Source of the DNA: an uncultured Solirubrobacterales bacterium
GTDB lineage: Bacteria; Actinomycetota; Thermoleophilia; Solirubrobacterales; Solirubrobacteraceae
DNA: 64,000 bases
Assembly (NCBI GenBank): GCA_963750695.1
Contig: CAVVSB010000002.1
Location: forward strand, 68,047-132,046
Direction: 5' to 3'
The notes under the pieces were generated by a model, which saw nothing but the letters and a program-made list of their open reading frames with translations, was not told where the DNA came from and did no database searches. The translations under genes were made by a program, and so were the position numbers. Below are positions 28,298 through 37,122 of this stretch, piece after piece (position 1 is the first letter of the stretch; every line of letters begins with the position of its first letter).

Positions 28298-29290
28298 GTG
28301 AGCGCATCCACACCCGATAGCAGCCTCACCGGCCGTCGTGTCCTCGTCACCGGAGGCTCGGGATTCATCGGCCGGCACATGGTTGCCGAGCTGACAGCCG
28401 ACGGCGCGCACGTGCGTGTCATCGACCTGAAGCCCCATCCGGACCCGTCGGTCGAGATCGTCCTCGGTGACCTCGCCGAACCGGAGGTCGTCGCCGAGGC
28501 GCTGAGTGGCGGATTCGACGCTGTCGTCCATCTCGCCGCCGTCACCTCCGTCCTGCGCTCGGTGCAGGAGCCGGAGCTCACCTACCGCACGAACGTGCAG
28601 GCAACCCACGGACTGCTCGAGGGTGCCCGCAGGGCCGGCGTCAAGGCGCTCGCGTTCGCCTCGACCAACGCGGTCACCGGACCGATGGAAGCACCGGCCA
28701 TCACCGAGAAAGCGACGCTCAAGCCTCTGACGCCGTACGGCGCGACGAAGGCCGCTGGCGAGATGCTGATGTCCGCGTACACCGCCTCCTACGGTGTCCG
28801 CTGCGCATGCCTGCGCCTCACGAACGTCTACGGCCTCGGCATGCAGGCGAAGGACAGCATCGTCGCCCGTCTGATGCGAGTCATTCGACTCGGCGGCAAC
28901 TTCGAGATCTACGGCGACGGGACCCAGGTTCGCGACTATGTCAACGCCGCCGACGTCGCCGCGGGGTTCCGGCTCGCGCTCACGAGTGATGAATGGCAGG
29001 GGCCCGTTGTGATCGGCTCCGGCCATTCGCTATCCGTGCTCGAGGTGCTCGATGCCGTCCGCGCAGCGACAGGCGCGACGTTTGAGGTCCGGCACGGCCC
29101 CGCCAAGGCGGGGGAGATGCCGGCCGTGATCGTCGATCCGGCGGCGGCCCACGCGAAGGGATGGAAGCCGAAGTTCAGCTTTGAAGATGGACTGGCCCGG
29201 GTCTGGGAAGAATGGTCCCGCGCCGACCCCGAGACGATCGCCGCCGGTGCGCCCGCCGCACCAGTGAGCGCAGGAGCGCAGACACCGTGA
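28298..29290 (+). CDS. NAD-dependent epimerase/dehydratase (GalE-like extended SDR)
   Basis: VTGGSGFIG, HLAA, YGATK, RLTNVYG and GDGTQVRDYV. Confidence 0.92.
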   Translation: MSASTPDSSLTGRRVLVTGGSGFIGRHMVAELTADGAHVRVIDLKPHPDPSVEIVLGDLAEPEVVAEALSGGFDAVVHLAAVTSVLRSVQEPELTYRTNVQATHGLLEGARRAGVKALAFASTNAVTGPMEAPAITEKATLKPLTPYGATKAAGEMLMSAYTASYGVRCACLRLTNVYGLGMQAKDSIVARLMRVIRLGGNFEIYGDGTQVRDYVNAADVAAGFRLALTSDEWQGPVVIGSGHSLSVLEVLDAVRAATGATFEVRHGPAKAGEMPAVIVDPAAAHAKGWKPKFSFEDGLARVWEEWSRADPETIAAGAPAAPVSAGAQTP

Positions 29291-30114
29291 GTTTGACCAC
29301 CCAGAAGCCCTTCAACCTCGACGACGAGCTCGGCCGGCTCGATCCCGCGGAGCGGGGCGCTGCCGCTGCGTTCGTGGCCGCGCATCCGGCCGGCCTCGGC
29401 GCGCCGCTCGCGATCGTGATCCCCGCCTACAACGAGGAGCCGACGGTCGCCGAGGTGATTGCCGAGATTCCGGGTGAGGCCGCCGGGCTTCAGGCCGAGG
29501 TCATCGTCGTCGTCGACGGTGCCAAGGACGCGACCGCAGCCGAGGCGACCCGCGCCGGAGCGCTCGTCTGCGATGTTCCCGTCAATCGCGGGCAGGGCGC
29601 CGCGCTCCGTCTCGGTTACTGGCTTGCGCGAGCCCGCGGCGCGCGCGTGATCTGCACGATCGACGCCGACGGTCAGTATGAGCCGGAGGAGATCGGGCGC
29701 GTTGTGCAGCCGATTCTCGACGGCCGTGCCGAGTTCGTCTCGGGATCGCGCCGGCTTGGCGCCGAACTGACGACGGACAAGGTCCGCCATCTCGGCGTGC
29801 TGGTGTTCGGTGCCCTGATCAGCGTCCTCGTACGTCACCGGGTCACCGATCCTGCCTGTGGCCTGCGGGCGATGCGGTCCGACGTCAGCGGCGCGGTCCG
29901 GCTCGAGCAGCCCCAGTACCAAGCGTCAGAGCTGATGATCAGCGCGGCGCTGCACGGCTACCGCCTCGCCGAGGTCCCGACGACGATGCGTGACCGCGGC
30001 CAGCACGCGACCGGCACCAAGAAGGGTGGGAACTTCGGTTACGGCGTGCGGTTCGCCCGGGCGGCCATCCACACCTGGCGCCGGGACCGCAGGGCCGCCC
30101 GCACGCGGCTCTGA
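29287..30114 (+). CDS. Polyprenol-phosphate glycosyltransferase (DPM1-like GT2)
   Basis: IVIPAYNEE, VVDGAKD, NRGQGAA, IDADGQY, SGSR and DPACGLRA; GTGA overlap. Confidence 0.88.
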   Translation: MSLTTQKPFNLDDELGRLDPAERGAAAAFVAAHPAGLGAPLAIVIPAYNEEPTVAEVIAEIPGEAAGLQAEVIVVVDGAKDATAAEATRAGALVCDVPVNRGQGAALRLGYWLARARGARVICTIDADGQYEPEEIGRVVQPILDGRAEFVSGSRRLGAELTTDKVRHLGVLVFGALISVLVRHRVTDPACGLRAMRSDVSGAVRLEQPQYQASELMISAALHGYRLAEVPTTMRDRGQHATGTKKGGNFGYGVRFARAAIHTWRRDRRAARTRL

Positions 30115-30551
30115 CCCGAGAAGATCCAGTGCTGGTAGAGGAAGAACCTCACGCCGTACAGCGCCGCCAACACTGCGAAGTACGACGCGGTCACGAGCAG
30201 CACGCGGATCCCGTGGCCGGCCGGTATTGACTGCACCTGGTCGTGCGTCCACCCGGTGACAAGCGACAGCGTCACGAGCGTCGTCGCCGAGATCACGATG
30301 TAGGCGATCACCTCACGCCCGAACGCCACGCGCCCCTCGACCTTCCAGGTCCAGCGGCGGTTGAGCGTCCAGTTCGGGACTGCGCCGGCGACGAACGCCG
30401 CGATCGAGCACACGGTCGTTGAGAACCCGAGCACGTAGAGAATCGGGAACACGACGGCGCTCGTTCCTGCCGCAACCATCGAAGAAACGGCGAATCGAGC
30501 GATTCGCCGGTCGAGGATCCGTCGCAACTTCTTCGGTAGAAGACTGGGCAC
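30039..30551 (-). CDS. GtrA family lipid-linked sugar translocase
   Basis: Four TMs; RFAVSS...; NWTLNRRWTW; RFFLYQHWIF. Confidence 0.85.
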   Translation of the reverse strand: MPSLLPKKLRRILDRRIARFAVSSMVAAGTSAVVFPILYVLGFSTTVCSIAAFVAGAVPNWTLNRRWTWKVEGRVAFGREVIAYIVISATTLVTLSLVTGWTHDQVQSIPAGHGIRVLLVTASYFAVLAALYGVRFFLYQHWIFSGQSRVRAALRSRRQVWMAARANRTP

Positions 30552-30623
30552 AGCCTTGAAATCCTAGCGGTTGCGCCGTCGGGTCGCTGTCAACCGGACC
30601 TGTCGGTACGTTCTTTATCGCCC

Positions 30624-31526
30624 ATGCGCCTGCAGTCTGCCGATGCGCCGGTATGCCTCGATGATGACCTCGTGATCGTCGGAGACAACGCGCCCGCGAT
30701 GGCGTCATTGCCCGACGGGGCGTTCGACCTCGTGTACATGGACCCGCCGTTCAACACCGGTCGGGCACAGGCTCGACGCTCGCTCGAGGTCACGGCGGAC
30801 GACGCCGAGGGTGACCGGGTCGGGTTCGGTGGCCGGCGATATCGCTCCCGCCTGCTGCGGACGCTCAGCTACGACGACGCGTTCGGGGATTACCTCGCGT
30901 TTCTCGAGCCGCGGCTGACGCGGGCGCGGGAGCTGCTCACCCCGCAGGGCACGCTCTACTTTCACATCGACTACCGCGAGGCGCATTACTGCAAGCTGCT
31001 GCTCGACGAGATCTTCAGCCGCGAGGCGTTCCTCAACGAGCTGATCTGGGCGTACGACTACGGCGCCAAGCCGCGGCGGCGCTGGCCCGCGAAGCACGAC
31101 ACGATCCTCGTCTACGTGCGCACGCCCGGCGGCCACCACTTCGACGCGGACGCGGTCGAGCGTGAGCCGTACATGGCTCCCGGGCTCGTGAGCGCAGAGA
31201 AGGCGGCGCGCGGCAAGCGGCCGACCGACGTGTGGTTTCACACGATCGTGCCGACGAACGGCCGAGAGAAGACGGGATATCCGACGCAGAAGCCCGAGGG
31301 CGTGCTGCGCCGCCTCGTCGCCGCGTCCTCGCGGCCGGGCGGGTGGTGCCTTGACCCGTTCGCCGGGTCGGGCACGCTCGGGGCGGTGTGCAGCGGGCTC
31401 GGTCGCCGGTTCGTCCTGATCGACGAGAGCCCGACCGCGATCGACGTGATGCGCAAGCGCCTTGAGGAGCCGGTGCAGGCGACGCTCACGGACGATCGGG
31501 GCCGTGCACGAGCGGCACGAACCTGA
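30624..31526 (+). CDS. Orphan N6/N4 site-specific DNA methyltransferase (beta class)
   Basis: DLVYMDPPF (motif IV) precedes LDPFAGSGT (motif I); YPTQKPE; no adjacent endonuclease. Confidence 0.9.
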   Translation: MRLQSADAPVCLDDDLVIVGDNAPAMASLPDGAFDLVYMDPPFNTGRAQARRSLEVTADDAEGDRVGFGGRRYRSRLLRTLSYDDAFGDYLAFLEPRLTRARELLTPQGTLYFHIDYREAHYCKLLLDEIFSREAFLNELIWAYDYGAKPRRRWPAKHDTILVYVRTPGGHHFDADAVEREPYMAPGLVSAEKAARGKRPTDVWFHTIVPTNGREKTGYPTQKPEGVLRRLVAASSRPGGWCLDPFAGSGTLGAVCSGLGRRFVLIDESPTAIDVMRKRLEEPVQATLTDDRGRARAART

Positions 31527-32115
31527 CCGGCTCGAGCCACGTCCGCTCGATCCGCTTCGCGACCCGGCGCTCGAGGATCAGACGCTGTTCGTCGTTCGCC
31601 CCGACCGGGGCAACGAGCCGGCCGTGCTCCGCGAGTTGCTGCTCGAGCGTGGCCAGACCCTCAGCAGTCGTCGCGGCCGCGACGTTGATCGCATCAAACG
31701 GCGCTGCGTCCGGTAGGCCGGCGTAGCCGTCGCCGACGACGAACTCGACATTCGTGACGCCGATCGCGGCGATCGCGCGCCGGGCCTGCTCGGTCAGCTC
31801 CGGGTGGCGCTCGATCGTCCACACTCGGGCCACGAGCCTCGCTAGCAGCGCCGCGTGGTACCCGGATCCGGTGCCGACATCGAGCACGTGGTCGGACGGC
31901 TGCAGCTCGAGCACGTCGAGCATCCGGGCCACGACGAGCGGCTGGGAGATCGTCTGACCGCAGTCGATCGGCAGGGCGGCGTTGTCGTACGCGTGGTCGA
32001 GCTGCTCTGCAGGGACGAACAGCTCACGGGGAACATCTGCGATTGCAGCGAGAACGCGCGGGTCCGCAACGACCCGTCGAAGACGGCGCGCGAGGTCTGC
32101 GGCCTGCTCAGCCAT
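31486..32115 (-). CDS. pcm: Protein-L-isoaspartate O-methyltransferase
   Basis: VPRELFVP, QTISQP, VLDVGTGSGY, GDGYAG..APFDAI and GRLVAPVG. Confidence 0.93.
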   Translation of the reverse strand: MAEQAADLARRLRRVVADPRVLAAIADVPRELFVPAEQLDHAYDNAALPIDCGQTISQPLVVARMLDVLELQPSDHVLDVGTGSGYHAALLARLVARVWTIERHPELTEQARRAIAAIGVTNVEFVVGDGYAGLPDAAPFDAINVAAATTAEGLATLEQQLAEHGRLVAPVGANDEQRLILERRVAKRIERTWLEPVRFVPLVHGPDRP

Positions 32116-32131
32116 GAGAAGATCGTGACCG

Positions 32132-34015
32132 ATGTCGGCGACGATGGACGAGTCGGTAGGCCGTCAGCTCACCGAGCATGCACCGGAGAGGGGCCTTCGA
32201 GACCGAGTTGGCCGGCTACTTCGCGCGGTGCCGTGGCCGGTCTGCGTCGTCACGCTCATCGCTGCGCTGCTGCGGTTCATCGCGATCGAGGACGTCAGCT
32301 CCAACCAGTTCTACGACGCGGCGGTTCGGAGCATGGCGCTGTCGTGGCACAACTTCTTCTTCGGCGCGTTCGACCCAGCGGGCATCCTCGCGGTCGACAA
32401 GCCGCCGCTCGACCTGTGGCTACAGGTCCTGAGCGTGAAGCTGCTCGGGTGGGGCCAGTTCTCGCTCAAGCTCCCCGAGGCGCTGGCCGGGACGCTCGCG
32501 GTGCCGTTGCTCTACGACACGGTCCGCCGGGCTGTGAACCGTCCCGCCGGACTCGTCGCCGCGGTCGCGCTCGCGGTGCTGCCGGAGTCCGTCCTCACCG
32601 CGCGCAGCGACACGATGGACTCGGTGATGATGCTCTGCGTCATCGCCGCGCTGTGGCTCGTCGTCCACGCGACGGGGCCGGGTGCCCGTCCGCGGAGGGA
32701 CGTCGTGCTCGCCGGCGTGGCGCTCGGGCTCGCGTTCAACGTCAAGCTGCTCGAGGCGATGATCGCCGCGCCCGCGATGGTCGTGTTTCTGCTGCTTGCG
32801 GCGCCGCCGGGGCGGGTGCGGGTCGGCGTCCTGCGGAACGTCGCGGTGGGGGCGCTCGCGGCTGCGGGCGTCGGCCTCTGCTGGGCGGTACTGGCCTCGA
32901 TCGCCCCCGGCCGCCACCCGTGGGCGGTCGGATCGACCGACGGGAGCGTCTGGAACGCGATGTTCGTGTTCAACGGGTTCGGCAAGGTCGACAGCACCGC
33001 GCCGATCGCAAAGCCGGGCGGTCCAGGGCCGTTTCGCCTGCTCGTCTCGACCGGATGGCATTACGACGAGCTGTTCGGCTGCATGCTCATCGCCGCCATC
33101 GCGATCGGTGGCGCCGCCGTCGGGTTGACGTACTGGCGGTCGCGGCACGCCCGTCCGAAGGCGACCGACGCGAGTCCGGTCCCGCGCCCGTTTGCGACCT
33201 GCCTTGCCGTCTGGATTGCCTGCTCGCTGCTCGCCTTCGACACGATGCACACCGTCCACGCGCGCTACCTGGAGGCGATGGCACCGGCGCTCGCGGCGAC
33301 GATCGGATACGGGACCGCCGTTCTGGCCGGCCTCGTCGGATCGCGGCCGGGGTCGGATCCACGGCGGCGTCCCTCGCTCGCTGCGGTAATCGCAGCACTC
33401 GCGTGCATCTGCGTTTACACGTTCAGCCTCAGGCCGGCGTCGCTTGCCCTCGCCGCGGGCGCGCTCATCCTCTCCGCTGTCGGGGCAGCGCTGATCGCTC
33501 GTAGCCCTGGGCCGTTGGAGCGGCCGGCGCGGTGGCTGCTCGCGTCGATGATCGCCGCGAGCGCGCTCGTGTTCCCGGTGCATGAGACGCTGTCCCTCGT
33601 GCGTTCAAAGGCGAACGACTCGCTCGGTCTCGCCACCACTGCTCCGGAGAACGCGACCGCGCTGTCCGCCTATCTGCGGGATCGCACCGTCGCGGTCCGC
33701 TTCGAGCTCGCGGTCGACGAGCCGCTGTCGCTGGCGCCGCTCGTGATCCGCGACCAGCGGCCGATCCTGCCGTTGACGAGCTTCGGCGGACGCCAGCTGA
33801 CGAGCGTTGAGGCCCTGCGCGCCGCGGTCCGATCTGGCGCGGTCCGCTACGGGCTCGTCTCCCGCGTCGGCTGCGCGCTGCCGCGCAACACGACGGCGGC
33901 CGCATGTGCCCCGGCGTCGCAGTGGGTCCGGGCCCACGGCGTCGACGTGACGGGCTCAGTCGGGCTCGTTGGCGCCGCCCGTCTCTATCGACTCCCGCCG
34001 GACGGTGCCCGGTAG
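32132..34015 (+). CDS. Glycosyltransferase family 39 (ArnT/YkcB-like GT-C)
   Basis: NQFYDAAVRSM...FFGAFDP, VDKPPLDLW, RSDTMD, AFNVKLL and WAVGSTDGSVW. Confidence 0.88.
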   Translation: MSATMDESVGRQLTEHAPERGLRDRVGRLLRAVPWPVCVVTLIAALLRFIAIEDVSSNQFYDAAVRSMALSWHNFFFGAFDPAGILAVDKPPLDLWLQVLSVKLLGWGQFSLKLPEALAGTLAVPLLYDTVRRAVNRPAGLVAAVALAVLPESVLTARSDTMDSVMMLCVIAALWLVVHATGPGARPRRDVVLAGVALGLAFNVKLLEAMIAAPAMVVFLLLAAPPGRVRVGVLRNVAVGALAAAGVGLCWAVLASIAPGRHPWAVGSTDGSVWNAMFVFNGFGKVDSTAPIAKPGGPGPFRLLVSTGWHYDELFGCMLIAAIAIGGAAVGLTYWRSRHARPKATDASPVPRPFATCLAVWIACSLLAFDTMHTVHARYLEAMAPALAATIGYGTAVLAGLVGSRPGSDPRRRPSLAAVIAALACICVYTFSLRPASLALAAGALILSAVGAALIARSPGPLERPARWLLASMIAASALVFPVHETLSLVRSKANDSLGLATTAPENATALSAYLRDRTVAVRFELAVDEPLSLAPLVIRDQRPILPLTSFGGRQLTSVEALRAAVRSGAVRYGLVSRVGCALPRNTTAAACAPASQWVRAHGVDVTGSVGLVGAARLYRLPPDGAR

Positions 34016-34919
34016 CCTGCGAGGTGGCGCGCCGGTGCTGCTTGCCCTGGCGTTGGTCGGAGCAGCTGTGGCGGGCGCCGCCACACCGGCCGCGACGCCC
34101 GCGTGTATGAGCGCCCCAGCGCCCGGTCAGAGCTCGCTCGCGATCACCGTCGATGGAACCACTCGCACAGCACTCGTCCACGTCCCTGCCGGGCTCGCCG
34201 CGGAGCGGCCGGTGGCGCTCGTGATCGCCTTGCACGGCGTCGGGGGGAGCGGGCCGAAGATGGAGCGCTACAGCGGGCTCTCTGCCGTCGCAGATCGGCA
34301 CCGCCTCATCGTCGTGTACCCCAGCTCGGCGGGGCCGTACTGGAACAGCACGGCGGCGCCTCGGCTCCCGAACGACGTCCGGTTCATCAGCCGGCTGATC
34401 GGAGCCATCGAATCGGGCTGGTGCATCGATCGCGATCGCGTGTATCTCGCTGGGGTCTCAAATGGCGGCGGGATGGCGGCGATCGCCGGGTGTGAGCTCG
34501 CCGCGCATGTCGCCGGCATTGCGTCGGTCGCCGGTGGGTACGACGGCCAACCGGCCTGTCGGCCGGCGCGACCGCTGTCGGTGTTCGAGGTGCACGGCAC
34601 GGCCGACCCGGTCGTTCCGTACTTCGGCCGGACGCGACGGCCCACCCGGGACGGTCTGCCGCCGTTCGTCAACGGGTGGGTTGCGCGCGATCGGTGCCCC
34701 GGGCACGCGGGCGTGTCACGGGTCGCGTCCCGCGCGACCGCGTTCCGCTGGTCGCGGTGCGCCGATGGCGTCCACGTCGAGCACATCCGGGTTCTTCACG
34801 GGCGCCATCAGTGGCCGGGGGCGACGCCGCCGGACCCCGGGCCGCCGGCGACCTTCTGCGCGGCATGCGAGATCTGGCGATTCTTCGCCGCTGTTGACAG
34901 CGGTTCACGGCGATGGTGA
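34005..34919 (+). CDS. Secreted PHB-depolymerase/LpqC-like esterase
   Basis: Signal peptide; LVIALHG, DDV-like PNDVRF, AGVSNGG (GxSxG), HGTADPVVP and HQWPG. Confidence 0.85.
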   Translation: MPGSLRGGAPVLLALALVGAAVAGAATPAATPACMSAPAPGQSSLAITVDGTTRTALVHVPAGLAAERPVALVIALHGVGGSGPKMERYSGLSAVADRHRLIVVYPSSAGPYWNSTAAPRLPNDVRFISRLIGAIESGWCIDRDRVYLAGVSNGGGMAAIAGCELAAHVAGIASVAGGYDGQPACRPARPLSVFEVHGTADPVVPYFGRTRRPTRDGLPPFVNGWVARDRCPGHAGVSRVASRATAFRWSRCADGVHVEHIRVLHGRHQWPGATPPDPGPPATFCAACEIWRFFAAVDSGSRRW

Positions 34920-36121
34920 GCCTGCGGCTCGCGGCGGGGGTGAGTCTGCGGCTCGCGGCCGCGACCGTCGTCGCGGCGGCGGCGCTGGCGATCGTTGGCT
35001 GCGGGGCGACGAAGCATCGCCGGACGGTCGTGCGGTTGCCTCAGGTTCCGCCGCTCGTCAACCGCACGCCGCGGACGCTGACGCACGCTCCCGCGTTGGG
35101 CGTCTACTACCACGTGCCGCCGTTGCTCGATCCCCGCAACGTGTACGCCGCCGACACGGTCGTCGCCCCGATCGCCCGGCGCGATCCCCCGCTCGTGTAC
35201 GTGCCGGACACCGGGAGCGATGACGTCTACGAGATCAACCCGCGGACGTACCGCGTCGTCCGTCATTTCAACGTCGGCGCCGTGCCGCAGCACATCGTGC
35301 CCTCCTATGACCTGCGGACGCTCTGGGTCAACAACGACATCGGCAACAGCCTCACCGCGATCAACCCCGCGACCGGCAAGCCGGGTCGGACGATCCCGGT
35401 TGACGACCCCTACAACCTGTACTTCACACCGGACGGGCACTACGCGATGGTGATGGCCGAGCAGCGCCGGCGTATCGACTTCCGCGATCCGCACACGATG
35501 AAGCTCCACCATGAGTTGCCGGTGCCGATGTGCGCCGGTGTCAACCATGCCGACTTCACCGCGAACGGCCGATACATGCTCGTCAGCTGTGAGTTCGCGC
35601 CGCGCATGATCGTCGTCGACATTCCCGAGCAGCGGGTCGTCAAGGTGGTGCCGTTGCGCCGCCGCGCCTCGCCCCAGGACGTCAAGCTCTCGCCCGACGG
35701 GCGGACGTTCTACGTCGCCGACTTGACCTACGGCGGCGTGTGGGTGATCGGGGCCCGACACTTCCGGAGGCGACGCTTCATCCGCTCGGGGACGGGCGCC
35801 CACGGCCTGTATGCGAGCCGCGACGCGCGCAACCTGTACGTGTCCAACCGGGGTGCGGGCACGATCTCGGTGATCCGCTTCGCCACGAAGCGGATCGTCG
35901 CCACCTGGAAGATCCCCGGAGGCTCGCCGGACATGGGCAACGTGTCCGCCGACGGACGCGTGCTGTGGCTCTCCGGCCGCTACGACAACTCCGTCTACGC
36001 GATCAACACGCGGACGGGGAAGCTGATCCGGCGGATCCCGGTCGGGTTCGAGCCCCACGGGCTGTGCGTCTGGCCGCAGCCGGGCCGGTACTCGCTCGGG
36101 CACACCGGGGTGATGCGCTGA
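34913..36121 (+). CDS. YncE/YVTN-family beta-propeller lipoprotein
   Basis: Lipobox-like IVGC; repeated FTPDG/SPDG/SADG...YV blades; IPVG.EPHG. Confidence 0.82.
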   Translation: MVSLRLAAGVSLRLAAATVVAAAALAIVGCGATKHRRTVVRLPQVPPLVNRTPRTLTHAPALGVYYHVPPLLDPRNVYAADTVVAPIARRDPPLVYVPDTGSDDVYEINPRTYRVVRHFNVGAVPQHIVPSYDLRTLWVNNDIGNSLTAINPATGKPGRTIPVDDPYNLYFTPDGHYAMVMAEQRRRIDFRDPHTMKLHHELPVPMCAGVNHADFTANGRYMLVSCEFAPRMIVVDIPEQRVVKVVPLRRRASPQDVKLSPDGRTFYVADLTYGGVWVIGARHFRRRRFIRSGTGAHGLYASRDARNLYVSNRGAGTISVIRFATKRIVATWKIPGGSPDMGNVSADGRVLWLSGRYDNSVYAINTRTGKLIRRIPVGFEPHGLCVWPQPGRYSLGHTGVMR

Positions 36122-36172
36122 CCGGGCGTCCCGGCGTCCCGCTGGCCGCCTGCGAAAATCTGAAGCCGCCCG

Positions 36173-36805
36173 ATGCTCGCCTCCTCGGCCACCCAGCGCC
36201 TCCTCCTGCTCGTCCTCGTGACGCTGCTGGCGGCGATCGGCGTCGTCCTGCTCGTCAGCCGCGGCTCCGGTAAGACGCAGACGGTGCCGAACACCCAGTC
36301 GAAGTTCGCCGGACCGACGATGCCGCCGGGGCTCATCGCCAAGAACTTCTCATTGGCCGATCAGAACGGGCACCGCGTGACCTTGTCCTCCTACCGGGGA
36401 CACGTCGTGATCCTCACGTTCATCCACTCGCTCTGCCAGGACGACTGCCCGTTCATGGTCGAGCAGATCAAGGGCGCGCTCGACGACATGCCTGGCTCCG
36501 GCCAGGGGATCCCGACGGTCGGCGTCAGCGTCGCCCCGAAGGAGGACACCGTGGCGAATCGCCGCAAGTTCCTCACGCGGCACCGGATGAACGCGCGGAT
36601 CGCGTTCGTCAACGGCTCGGTGGCGACGATGCGCCGGATCTGGCACGAGTACGCGATCGCGCCCGGCACCGGCCCCCAGGGTCACTCGGCGGTCGTTGTG
36701 CTCGTCGACAAGAAGGGCGTCGAGCGGGTCGGGTTCGGCGCGGCCCAGCTCACGCCCGAGGAGCTGTCACACGACCTGCGCGTGCTCGAGGCCGAGCCGG
36801 CGTAG
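36173..36805 (+). CDS. SCO1/SenC family protein
   Basis: TM anchor; FSLADQNG, TFIHSLCQDDCP (CxxxC) and HS..V.LVDKKG. Confidence 0.88.
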   Translation: MLASSATQRLLLLVLVTLLAAIGVVLLVSRGSGKTQTVPNTQSKFAGPTMPPGLIAKNFSLADQNGHRVTLSSYRGHVVILTFIHSLCQDDCPFMVEQIKGALDDMPGSGQGIPTVGVSVAPKEDTVANRRKFLTRHRMNARIAFVNGSVATMRRIWHEYAIAPGTGPQGHSAVVVLVDKKGVERVGFGAAQLTPEELSHDLRVLEAEPA

Positions 36806-37122
36806 CCCGAGGACGGCGGGTGGGGGCGGCCGGACCTGCACCACCAAAAGGGTCCGCCGGTCGGCCCTCCGGAGCCCCATCGGACCGTAGTGTCGCTCCG
36901 AGCGTGAAAACGTCCCGATCTGCCGCCGGGACTCCTTCTGGCGATCCGGCAACCGTTGCTCACGCCTCCCTTGACGCACGAGTAAAATACACACGTGTCT
37001 CTCACTGTCACGGACGCGGCGAGGCAGGCGCCGGGGCTCCGGCGCACTCACTCGACGCGCCGCTCGTGACGACGACCGCACCGCCAAGGCGGTCGTTCCC
37101 GATGTCAGTACGGAGGGTCTCG

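Noticed and set aside
36040-36060. GGTTCGAGCCCC, a tRNA T-arm-like string (also GGTTCGA near 43140)
   Set aside because: Both lie inside coding regions and no cloverleaf can be folded.
36806-37122. Long spacer before the esterase, examined for a riboswitch or a sigma-70 promoter (TTGACG...TAAAAT)
   Set aside because: No known aptamer motifs. TTGACG and TAAAAT are only 6 bp apart, so they are not a -35/-10 pair.
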